Shown here one piece after another: positions 46,642 to 54,637 of a DNA stretch of 64,000 bases. The DNA lies in the NCBI GenBank assembly GCA_963845565.1, contig CAWJSJ010000001.1, positions 448,001 through 512,000 on the forward strand. Direction: 5' to 3'. The translations under genes and the position numbers were made by a program. This DNA comes from an uncultured Methylomirabilota bacterium. Lineage in GTDB: Bacteria; Methylomirabilota; Methylomirabilia; Methylomirabilales; 2-02-FULL-66-22. Within the stretch, counting starts at the first letter, position 1; each line of letters starts with the position of its first letter. A model generated the notes under the pieces. That model saw only the letters and a program-made list of their open reading frames with translations, was not told the origin of the DNA and did not search any database.

Positions 46642-47214
46642 ATGATGCTCGAAAAATTATTCTCTTCCAAAACACGTGTCGAGATTCTGCGCCTCCTCTT
46701 TTCGAATCCCGACAGTCGGTACTATGTCCGCCAGATTTCCCGGGAACTCTCACGGGACATCTCCGGGATCAAGCGCGAGCTGGACAACCTGGACAAGGCC
46801 GGCTTGCTCGCCAGCGAGAAACTCGGCAACCTTCGGTATTACAGCGCCAACAAATCTGCCGCGATCTATCCAGAACTCAAAGCCATCATTGCCAAGACCG
46901 TCGGCGTGCAATGGGCGATCGCGGGGCCGCTCGGTGGGTTGACCGGGCTGCGCCATGCTTGGATGTATTCCATGAATTCCCATCCGCCCGGCGAAGGGTC
47001 GGGACCGGTCTTGGTCCTCATCGTCGGACGGGTCGACCTCGCGGACCTCAACGAGGCGATCACGCAACTGGAGGGGAAACTGGGTCGTGAGATCAATTAC
47101 ACGGTGTTTGACGAGACGGAATTCCAGCGGCGGCGAGCGGAGGCGGACCCGTTTTTGACCGAGGTGTTTGGCGGCCGGAACGTTCTGCTCATCGGGCGCG
47201 ACGATGGCGTATGA
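46642..47214 (+). CDS. ArsR-like wHTH fused to a degenerate minimal nucleotidyltransferase (MNT) domain
   Basis: LF.SKTR..IL.L....P...YYVR.I.R, REL..L...GLL, GN.RYY.AN....IY.ELK.I..KT.G, E.KLGREINY, PFL. The GS...DxD motif is replaced by YSMNSHPPGEGSGPVLV. Confidence 0.8.
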   Translation: MMLEKLFSSKTRVEILRLLFSNPDSRYYVRQISRELSRDISGIKRELDNLDKAGLLASEKLGNLRYYSANKSAAIYPELKAIIAKTVGVQWAIAGPLGGLTGLRHAWMYSMNSHPPGEGSGPVLVLIVGRVDLADLNEAITQLEGKLGREINYTVFDETEFQRRRAEADPFLTEVFGGRNVLLIGRDDGV

Positions 47215-47653
47215 GGAGTTGCGCGAGAAGGGGTTGGTGGACGATGTCAAACCGAACTTCTCGACGGTGAGCGCCCTTATCGTGCGGGCACACAAAGACG
47301 TGGCGACGGCACGAGCCAATGCCAGTATCGACCGGGAATGGGCGTACGCGATCGCGTATCAGGGAATGCTTCGGGCCGCCAAGGGTATGATTTCGGCCGA
47401 AGGTTTGCGCCCGCGGGGTCGGGACCAGCAGCGAACGGTGGTGATGTTGGTCGATGCGATCCTCGGCGAGAACGCGCGACCCCTGGTGAATGCCTTTGAT
47501 CGGATGCGCCGGCGGTGGCAGGTCATCGTGGAGGAGGTCGGTCAACCGGTGTCACGGTATGAGGTGGAGGGCGCGATCAAGGACGCCCAGCAGTTCATCG
47601 AGCGTACGGTCGAGTGGACGCGGACGAGAAATCCTCAGTTGACGTTGCTCTAG
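47204..47653 (+). CDS. HEPN-domain protein, degenerate
   Basis: A..D..TA, WAY.IAY..ML.A, G.RP, FD.MRR architecture. Expected His and Rx4(H/Y) positions read QQRT and RRWQVIVE. Confidence 0.72.
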   Translation: MAYEELREKGLVDDVKPNFSTVSALIVRAHKDVATARANASIDREWAYAIAYQGMLRAAKGMISAEGLRPRGRDQQRTVVMLVDAILGENARPLVNAFDRMRRRWQVIVEEVGQPVSRYEVEGAIKDAQQFIERTVEWTRTRNPQLTLL

Positions 47654-47693
47654 CAGCGTCGTGGGGAGCTGTGAAAGAAAGGAGGTGAAGCTG

Positions 47694-47753
47694 ATGGCCA
47701 CCAAGAAGCCCGCCGCGAAGAAGACCGCGAAGAAGCCCGCGAAGAAGAAGTAA
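47694..47753 (+). CDS. 19-aa Lys/Ala-rich micropeptide MATKKPAAKKTAKKPAKKK
   Basis: Perfect SD AAGGAGGTGA at 47679-47688, ATG, TAA. Paralogue immediately downstream. Confidence 0.72.
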   Translation: MATKKPAAKKTAKKPAKKK

Positions 47754-47806
47754 GACGACCCGGCTCGTTTTGACTCAACGCTTCCCGTGGGAAGGAGGTG
47801 ATTGCT

Positions 47807-47863
47807 GTGGCGACGAAGAAGAAGCCGGCCGCCAAGAAGGCTGCCCCGAAGAAAAAGAAGTAA
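47807..47863 (+). CDS. 18-aa Lys/Ala-rich micropeptide MATKKKPAAKKAAPKKKK
   Basis: Perfect SD AAGGAGGTGA at 47792-47801, GTG start, TAA. Synonymous differences relative to the first copy. Confidence 0.72.
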   Translation: MATKKKPAAKKAAPKKKK

Positions 47864-47882
47864 GCTTACAGTCAAGTGATTA

Positions 47883-47906
47883 CGCTGGGGGCGGCACCCC
47901 CCAGCG
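47883..47906 (+). terminator. 9-bp GC hairpin after the micropeptide genes (terminator or 3' stabiliser)
   Basis: CGCTGGGGG-cggcac-CCCCCAGCG, with no clear U-tract. Confidence 0.5.
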
Positions 47907-47936
47907 GGACTCATACACTATTTTATATCATATCGA

Positions 47937-48028
47937 TTCGTCAAGGGCAGAATATAAATAAATAATTTTATCATTCGTTTCGTGTGTTTACGAAACTAAC
48001 CTTATGATAAAACGTAATGCTTGACGAA
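47937..48028. repeat. AT-rich segment with three nested inverted-repeat pairs
   Basis: TTCGTCAAG/CTTGACGAA, TTTTATCAT/ATGATAAAA, GTTTCGT/ACGAAAC. Confidence 0.65.
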
Positions 48029-48282
48029 ATACTCTGGCGGGGAAAACGGGATTTTTTCTCGCTTGACGTTTGATGGCTACGCGCTGCGGGTGGTAGTGCC
48101 CTACCGTTCGACCTGTCGGAATCCTTGGAATCTTCCGTATCGCCCATGGTGCCGACCGTGGGCTTTTCCTCTTGCAACAGCTCTCAGAAGAACTGTCTTG
48201 CGGGTGGTGCCCGTTCATCTGAGGCAGGACGCCGGGGGCGCATGCGACGTCTCGCGGCGGCCGAGAGTGGAGGAAGGATCCC

Positions 48283-49749
48283 ATGGGGGAGCGTTTCAGG
48301 AATCTGATCGATGGCAAATGGGTGGATTCGGCCAGCGGTTCCACCTTCGATGATGTCAGCCCGATCAACAAGACCGACATGCTGGGGAGTTTCCCTCGGT
48401 CCGATCATCGAGACGTAGACCGCGCGGTCGAGGCGGCACGCAGCCATTTGTCGACGTGGTGTCGGGTACCCGCTCGACGCCGCAGCGAGGTCCTGTGGGC
48501 GGTTGCCGAGACGCTCCACCAGCGCGGGGAAGAGCTTGCGACGTTGCTGACGCGGGAGACAGGCAAGGTCCTCGCCGAGGCGCGGCTGGAGATCGCGGAG
48601 GCCACGGCCCTCTTGTACGCCATGGCGGGCGAGGGCGTCTACGCCGAGGACGGGGTTGCTGCCCTTGGGCAGTCGGGCCCGCTGGGCGTTACGATGCGAC
48701 TTCCCGCAGGAGTCGTGGCACTGGTTACACATTGGTCCTTCCCGGTGGCTGCGTCGGTGTGGAAGCTGGCGGGGGCGCTCGCGGCGGGCAACACGGTGGT
48801 ATTCAAGCCGGCGGAGGATGCGCCCCTGACTGCCGGTCGCCTGGTCGAAATTTGGCTGGAGGCGGGTGTGTCGCCTGGGGTCATCGGTTTGGTGCACGGG
48901 CAGGGCGAAGAGGCCGGCGCCCCACTGATTCGGCACCCGGACGTGGCGCTGGTGTCCTTCGTCGGATCGCCCGAGGTCGGCCGGGAAGTGGCCATCGCGT
49001 GCGCGGCGGAGCAAAAGCAGGTGTCTCTGGAATTGGGAGAACAACTCGCGATCCTGATTCTGGACGATGCCGACCTCGAACTGGCCGTGGAGGGAACGGT
49101 CTGGGGAGGCTTTGCCATGGCGGGCCAGCGATGGCGGCGCGCGGCGCGCATCTTTGTCCATCGCAAGATCGCCAAGGAGTTCGCCGAGCGAGTCGTGAGC
49201 CGGCTGCAAGCCGTGCGTCTGGGGGACGGGCTGCTCGAGACCACCGACATGGGGCCGGTCATCAACGAGACTCAGCTCAAGCGGGTTCACGGTTACACCC
49301 GTGTAGGCCAACGCGAAGGCGCCAAGCTGCTCGCCGGCGGAGAAATCGTGAAGGAGGGCGACTGCAAGCGGGGATTCTTCTACGCGCCGACGCTGTTCGG
49401 CGACGCGACGCTCAAGATGCGGATCGCGCAGGAGGAAGTTCGCGGTCCGACCATGGTGCTCGTCTCCGTGCCGGGGCTGGAGGAGGCCGTGGAATTGGCC
49501 AACTCGGCTCGCCGCGACCTGACGGCGGTGGTCTACACGCGCGATCTTTCCAGGGCGTTCCGGGCCGTCGACGGGTTGCGGGCTGCCAACGTGTACGTGA
49601 ATGCTGCCGCCGGAGGAACGGGGACGCGACCGTCGCTGGTTGGATTCCGACAGCTGGGCCGGATCCGCCGGGAGGCCGCGGCGCAGAATCTCGACGGATT
49701 CGCCGCCTGGAAGACTGCAACACTCGATCCCTTCGGAAAGCGAGGGTAG
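48283..49749 (+). CDS. Aldehyde dehydrogenase-fold protein, predicted catalytically inactive
   Basis: N.I.G.W, E.GK...EA..E, GNTVVFKP, MGPVIN..QL, G.F..PT. PWNFP reads HWSFP, ELGGK reads ELGEQ, GQRC reads GQRW, EEIFGP reads EEVRGP. Confidence 0.88.
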   Translation: MGERFRNLIDGKWVDSASGSTFDDVSPINKTDMLGSFPRSDHRDVDRAVEAARSHLSTWCRVPARRRSEVLWAVAETLHQRGEELATLLTRETGKVLAEARLEIAEATALLYAMAGEGVYAEDGVAALGQSGPLGVTMRLPAGVVALVTHWSFPVAASVWKLAGALAAGNTVVFKPAEDAPLTAGRLVEIWLEAGVSPGVIGLVHGQGEEAGAPLIRHPDVALVSFVGSPEVGREVAIACAAEQKQVSLELGEQLAILILDDADLELAVEGTVWGGFAMAGQRWRRAARIFVHRKIAKEFAERVVSRLQAVRLGDGLLETTDMGPVINETQLKRVHGYTRVGQREGAKLLAGGEIVKEGDCKRGFFYAPTLFGDATLKMRIAQEEVRGPTMVLVSVPGLEEAVELANSARRDLTAVVYTRDLSRAFRAVDGLRAANVYVNAAAGGTGTRPSLVGFRQLGRIRREAAAQNLDGFAAWKTATLDPFGKRG

Positions 49750-50047
49750 GCGGAAGTTCAGGGAAGCGCCCCCACTGGACCGCCGCCGCATATTCCGGAT
49801 GTCGACGTTGCCGAACAGGGAGCAGGCGCGTGCGTCACGAGATCCTCCTCCTCCCACAACGGACCACGGCCATATACCTTGGCCGGGCGATCGAGGATAT
49901 GGTGACGGCGGTCTGAGATCCCACCAGGGCGCGACGACACTCAGGCTGAGGACTCGGCTTCCGCCGTAAGTGCTCGGCACCTGGGCCGCGGCGGGCGCGG
50001 CCACACGGGTCGGCGGGGTCTCCTTGCGGGTCGTCCCGGAGATTCGC

Positions 50048-50077
50048 TTTACATTTTGCGTGCCAGTGTGTTATAGC
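50048..50077 (+). promoter_or_regulatory. Possible sigma70 promoter for the lptC-rpoN operon
   Basis: TTTACA-N18-TATAGC with TG just upstream of the -10, close to ATG 50087. Confidence 0.45.
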
Positions 50078-50086
50078 ATCCGACAA

Positions 50087-50677
50087 ATGTGGGGAACGAG
50101 ACGGACGAGTCGCTGGGTATGGCTGTCGGCCACCCTGATCGCGATGCTCCTCGGGTCGGGCATTTCTCGCACGCTACTGGCCGCGCAATCCACAGGACCG
50201 CCGGCCGTCCCACCTCAGATTGCCCTGCAAAAGGTCCATATGATCGAGACCCGTGAAGGGGCCAAGTTGTGGGAGCTTCAGGCCGATCAAGTGGAGGTCA
50301 ACGAGCGCGACGGCATCACCGTATTGACCCGCGTTACCCAACCGATCCAGATCGCGTTCTTTTCCAATCAGGGCCAAGTCACGTGTGTCGCAAATCGTGC
50401 CACGCTGGATCTGAAAACGAAGGATGTCCACCTGCAAGGAGCCGTCTGGGCGCGGTCCGAACAGGGGATGGAGCTCAGGACGGAAGCGTTGACGTGGACG
50501 GCAACCTCCCGGCGGCTGCATACGGACCAGGCCGTCACGATCACGCGCGGTACGTTGGTAAGCCAGGGGCGGGGCATGGAGGCAGAGACCGACCTCGAGC
50601 GTGTCCGCCTCTTCAAAAACATCACGTCCCAGGTCGGGCCCGCGCGCATCCCGACGGGAAGGAGTCGTTCGCGATGA
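50087..50677 (+). CDS. lptC: LPS export protein LptC
   Basis: N-terminal TM, K.WEL.A, L.TE.L.W, TD..V.I, G.GM. Upstream of lptA-lptB. Confidence 0.85.
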   Translation: MWGTRRTSRWVWLSATLIAMLLGSGISRTLLAAQSTGPPAVPPQIALQKVHMIETREGAKLWELQADQVEVNERDGITVLTRVTQPIQIAFFSNQGQVTCVANRATLDLKTKDVHLQGAVWARSEQGMELRTEALTWTATSRRLHTDQAVTITRGTLVSQGRGMEAETDLERVRLFKNITSQVGPARIPTGRSRSR

Positions 50678-51183
50678 CGGGACGTCGCTGGGGGATGTTG
50701 GTGTTGGCGGTGTTACTGGCAGCGCCTGGGATCGGGAGGGCGGCAGAAGAGCGGGCCGCGATCACGATCGCGGCCGACACCCTGGAAGTCAGTCGGAAAA
50801 CCCGCTCGGCCGTGTACCGCGGCAACGTGGTGGCCAACGACCGGTCTCGCGGTGTAAGCATCTTGGCGGACCAGATCGAGTTCTACTTCGACGAGAAGAT
50901 GGAGGAACTGGAGCGCGCGTTGGCGACGGGGAACGTCCGGATTTCCTACGGCGAGCGCCGGGGCGTGGCGGAACGCGCCGAATACTATCCCAACGAATCC
51001 CGCGCGGTCCTGATCGGGCATCCCAAGGTGTGGCAGCAAAATGATGTCATCACCGGATGCCGGATCACGCTGCTGATCCGGGAAGACCGGAGCCAGGTGG
51101 AGGGGTGCGACGGGGAGCGGGTGAACGCCGTCCTGTATCCGAAGCGAGGGGAGGGAGCACCGGCGGCAAGCCCGCGTCGGTGA
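50674..51183 (+). CDS. lptA: LPS transport periplasmic protein LptA
   Basis: Signal peptide, I.I.AD.L, Y.GNV, A.GNV, A..A.Y, L.G.P.V.Q, RV..V..P. Confidence 0.88.
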   Translation: MTGRRWGMLVLAVLLAAPGIGRAAEERAAITIAADTLEVSRKTRSAVYRGNVVANDRSRGVSILADQIEFYFDEKMEELERALATGNVRISYGERRGVAERAEYYPNESRAVLIGHPKVWQQNDVITGCRITLLIREDRSQVEGCDGERVNAVLYPKRGEGAPAASPRR

Positions 51184-51193
51184 GAGCCGCGCC

Positions 51194-51940
51194 ATGGCAA
51201 TGACGGACAACGGTCGGGGGCGCAACCTTCGTGCGGAGGCGTTGGTCAAGGCCTACAAGAAGCGGGTGGTCGTGGCCGGGCTGAGTCTGGCCCTGGACGC
51301 GGGAGAGGTTGTCGGACTCCTGGGACCCAACGGCGCCGGCAAGACCACGGCCTTTTATATGATCTTGGGCCTCACGCGGCCCGACTCGGGGCGGGTCGCC
51401 TTGAACGGGAACGATATCACCTTTCTGCCCGTGCATCAGCGTGCCCGCCTGGGGATGGGGTTCTTGCCGCAGGAGCCCTCCATTTTTCGCAAGTTGACCG
51501 TGGAGGAGAACGTCCTGGCGATTCTGGAGGCGCGCGGCATGCCGGCGGCGGCGCGCCGGGAACGTGCGCAAACGCTTCTTAGCGACCTGAACATCTCCCA
51601 CCTCGCTAAGAGTCGCGCCTACACCCTTTCCGGCGGAGAGCGACGGCGCGCCGAGATCACCCGGACGCTGGCGACCGACCCGGCCTTCATCTTGCTGGAC
51701 GAGCCATTTGCCGGGATCGATCCGATCGCGGTCTACGACATCCAAGGCATCATCGGCCAACTCAAGGACCGCGGCATCGGCGTGCTCATCACCGATCACA
51801 ACGTGCGTGAGACCTTGCAGATCGTGGACCGAGCCTATATTATTCACGAAGGGAAGATCCTGGTGTCCGGCACGGCGACCGAGTTAGCCTCGGACGAGCG
51901 CGCCCGCCAGATCTACCTCGGAGAACGTTTCTCGCTGTAA
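51194..51940 (+). CDS. lptB: LPS export ABC ATPase LptB
   Basis: GLLGPNGAGKTT.FYM, LSGGERRR.EI, LLDEPFAGIDP, ITDHNVRETL, YLGE.F.L. Confidence 0.96.
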   Translation: MAMTDNGRGRNLRAEALVKAYKKRVVVAGLSLALDAGEVVGLLGPNGAGKTTAFYMILGLTRPDSGRVALNGNDITFLPVHQRARLGMGFLPQEPSIFRKLTVEENVLAILEARGMPAAARRERAQTLLSDLNISHLAKSRAYTLSGGERRRAEITRTLATDPAFILLDEPFAGIDPIAVYDIQGIIGQLKDRGIGVLITDHNVRETLQIVDRAYIIHEGKILVSGTATELASDERARQIYLGERFSL

Positions 51941-51960
51941 CGGAAGGACCGCCGGCCTCC

Positions 51961-53397
51961 ATGGCGTTCGACACCAGACTCCGGATGCTTCAGACGCAGC
52001 GGATGATCATGACGCCGATGCTGCAGCAGGCGATCGGCCTGTTGCAGTTGTCGCGTTTGGAGTTGGTCCAGGAGTTGCGACAGCAGATCGAGCAGAACCC
52101 GGTGCTGGAAGAGGTCCTCGAAGAGGTGGAGGAGCCGCAGCTCACGCAAGAGCAGGAAGCGCCGCCCGAGCCCGAGGTCACCGCGGAGGCGGACACGGAT
52201 GGGGCAGATCGGCTGGGCGAGTTCGACTGGGACAACTACCTCCAAGATGCCTCCGACTATCGGCCCCAGATCCCCCGGGAGGAACTCGAGCGGTTCGACG
52301 CGGAGATCCATCTGACGCGACCCCGCTCGCTCATCGACCATCTGCTGTTTCAGCTCCACCTCAGCACCTCGGACCCGGAAATACTCCAGCTGGCAACCGT
52401 GGTGATCGGGAACTTGGACGAGGCCGGGTACCTCAAGGAACCCTTGGAGGGATTGGCGACGGGCGCGGAGGTCGCGCTGTCTCGGCTGGAGGAGGCCCTG
52501 CGGCTGGTCCAAAGCTTCGAGCCCACCGGAGTCGGCGCCCGCGACCTTCGGGAGTGCTTGCTGCTCCAGGTGGACAGCCGTCCGGACTTGCACCCGCTCG
52601 CCAAGGAGCTGATCGGGTCCCACCTGGCGGACCTGGAGCGGCGGAACTGGGAGCGGCTGGCGGAGACGCTCAAGGTCCCCGTCAAAGAGGTGCAGGAAGC
52701 GGTCGAGTCGATCGCGTCGCTCGAACCGAAACCCGGGCGGACTTTCGGGACCGAGGATCCGCGCTACATCACGCCCGACGTGTACATCGTCAAGGTGGAC
52801 GGTGAGTTCCTGGTGCTGCTGAACGACGAAGGGTTGCCGCGCCTGCGGGTGAGCCCGTACTACCGCACCATCCTGGCGAACAAGACGGGAAGCGCCAAGG
52901 ACGTCCGGGAATACATCGAGGGGCGGATGCGCTCCGCCCTCTGGTTGATTCGGAGCATCGAACAACGGCAGCGCACGCTGTTCAAGGTCGCGTCCAGCCT
53001 TGTGAAGTTCCAGCGAGAGTTTCTGGAACGGGGCATCACGGCGCTCAAGCCATTGACGCTCAAAGAGGTGGCCGAGGATATCGGTATGCACGAGTCCACG
53101 GTCAGTCGCGTGACCACCAACAAATACGTCCAGACGCCGCAGGGGTTGTTCGAACTGAAGTATTTCTTTCATCGGGGCGTTCCCAGCAGCCAGGGAGGGG
53201 ATAACGTCTCCTCCTTGAAGGTCAAGGACCTCATCCACAAACTGCTGACGGTGGAGGACAGCGGCCGCCCGCTCTCGGATCAACGGATTGTGGAAGTGCT
53301 CCGACGCGAGCATGCCATCGAAATCGCCCGGCGCACGGTGGCCAAGTATCGTAGCCAGTTGAGGATTCCCTCTTCGAGTCGGCGGAAGCGGTACTGA
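51961..53397 (+). CDS. rpoN: RNA polymerase sigma-54 factor
   Basis: Gln/Leu-rich region I, GVGARDL.ECL, MHESTVSR, RpoN box ARRTVAKYR. Confidence 0.97.
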   Translation: MAFDTRLRMLQTQRMIMTPMLQQAIGLLQLSRLELVQELRQQIEQNPVLEEVLEEVEEPQLTQEQEAPPEPEVTAEADTDGADRLGEFDWDNYLQDASDYRPQIPREELERFDAEIHLTRPRSLIDHLLFQLHLSTSDPEILQLATVVIGNLDEAGYLKEPLEGLATGAEVALSRLEEALRLVQSFEPTGVGARDLRECLLLQVDSRPDLHPLAKELIGSHLADLERRNWERLAETLKVPVKEVQEAVESIASLEPKPGRTFGTEDPRYITPDVYIVKVDGEFLVLLNDEGLPRLRVSPYYRTILANKTGSAKDVREYIEGRMRSALWLIRSIEQRQRTLFKVASSLVKFQREFLERGITALKPLTLKEVAEDIGMHESTVSRVTTNKYVQTPQGLFELKYFFHRGVPSSQGGDNVSSLKVKDLIHKLLTVEDSGRPLSDQRIVEVLRREHAIEIARRTVAKYRSQLRIPSSSRRKRY

Positions 53398-53474
53398 GCT
53401 GAGCGGGCAGGCGTCCCGGGGTCAGTCGCCCGGTGGCATTGTGAGGCCTGTGTAGTCTCCGAAAGGAGTCGACC

Positions 53475-54002
53475 ATGCACCTGTCAGTGAAAGGGCGAAA
53501 CCTGGAAGTGACGGACGCCCTCCGCACCTACGCGGAGGAAAAGGTCCAGCGGATGGGCAAGTACCTAGAGGGGATCGTGTCCGGGAGTGTCGTGTTGTCG
53601 GTGGAGAAGCATCGGCAGATCGCGGAGGTGACGCTGCGGGTGCGGGACCTCACCGTCCGGGCGGAGGAAAGTACCGACGATCTCTATTCGTCCATCGACC
53701 TGGTGGCGGAGAAGCTGGAACGGCAGATCCTGCGCCATAAAGAGCGCATCGTCGCCCACATGGACCGGTCCGGCCGCCGCGAGGAACGACAGACCGTCCG
53801 ACCGACGGCGCCGGTCGAGGAGCCGCGCGTGGTCAAGACCAAGCGCTTTGCCGTCAAGCCAGCCGAGGTGGAGGAGGCCATCCTCCAGATGGACTTGCTC
53901 GGGCATAATTTTTATGTCTTCCGGAACGCGCTGACGGACGAGGTGAACGTCGTGTACCGGCGGCGCGATGGGCACTACGGGCTGATCGAGCCCGAGGGGT
54001 AG
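53475..54002 (+). CDS. hpf: Ribosome hibernation promoting factor (long HPF)
   Basis: GRNLEVTDALR.Y.E.K, DLY.SID...KLERQ, C-terminal EEAILQM.LLGH.F.VF.N...NVVY.R.DG.YGLI. Confidence 0.95.
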   Translation: MHLSVKGRNLEVTDALRTYAEEKVQRMGKYLEGIVSGSVVLSVEKHRQIAEVTLRVRDLTVRAEESTDDLYSSIDLVAEKLERQILRHKERIVAHMDRSGRREERQTVRPTAPVEEPRVVKTKRFAVKPAEVEEAILQMDLLGHNFYVFRNALTDEVNVVYRRRDGHYGLIEPEG

Positions 54003-54004
54003 CC

Positions 54005-54589
54005 ATGGACCCGGTGGAGGCTCCGGCCGAAGCCAGCCTGCACGGGGTGCTGGTGGACGTCAGCGGAATCGGGGTCCTGCTCTTGGGAGAGAGCGGGACC
54101 GGGAAGAGCGAATGCGCGCTGGATCTGGTCACTCGCGGTCACCGCTTGGTGGCCGACGATGTGGTGGAGATCTGGCGGGAGGGGCCCCTGGGGGTCATCG
54201 GGCGTGGGCCCGCCCGGATCAGGTACCACATGGAGATCCGGGGGTTGGGGATCATCAACGTCCGGCACCTGTTCGGCGTCGCGGCCGTCCGTGAGCGGAA
54301 ACGGATCGAGCTGGTAATTCACTTGGAGGCCTGGCGGCCCGACGAGGAGTATGAGCGGCTCGGGCTGGTGGATCGGATGCACACCCTGCTCGGCGTCGAG
54401 ATTCCGATGCTCCGAATCCCGCTGTCGATCGGCCGGAACGCGGCCATTTTGGTGGAGGTGGCGGCGCGTAATCACGTGTTGAAACGGATGGGGGTCCATG
54501 CGGCGCGGGCCTTCACCACAGCTCTGGGAGCCGGTCCGGGCGCGACGGATTCTCCGGTCGGTCCCTGCGGAGCCGACGAACCGGCGTGA
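54005..54589 (+). CDS. hprK: HPr kinase/phosphorylase, catalytic domain only
   Basis: LHGVLVDV.G.GVL..G.SG.GKSE.AL.L..RGHRLVADD, MEIRGLGII, GRN. Confidence 0.9.
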   Translation: MDPVEAPAEASLHGVLVDVSGIGVLLLGESGTGKSECALDLVTRGHRLVADDVVEIWREGPLGVIGRGPARIRYHMEIRGLGIINVRHLFGVAAVRERKRIELVIHLEAWRPDEEYERLGLVDRMHTLLGVEIPMLRIPLSIGRNAAILVEVAARNHVLKRMGVHAARAFTTALGAGPGATDSPVGPCGADEPA

Positions 54590-54637
54590 GACCCGAGAGG
54601 GGAGGGTTCGCCGCCTGTTCTCGGCGGCGAGGCGACG

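Noticed and set aside
47552..47914. Minus-strand ORF with a hydrophobic FFFAGFFAVFFAAGF stretch (type I toxin-like)
   Set aside because: It is the reverse complement of the AAG-rich micropeptides. The perfect SD sites and the start/stop codons are on the plus strand.
49132..49134. Recoding (Sec) at the ALDH catalytic position
   Set aside because: The codon is TGG (Trp), not TGA, and several other catalytic motifs are also altered.
49750..50045. Possible small gene or remnant between the ALDH-like gene and lptC
   Set aside because: No frame gave a recognisable motif or a convincing RBS.
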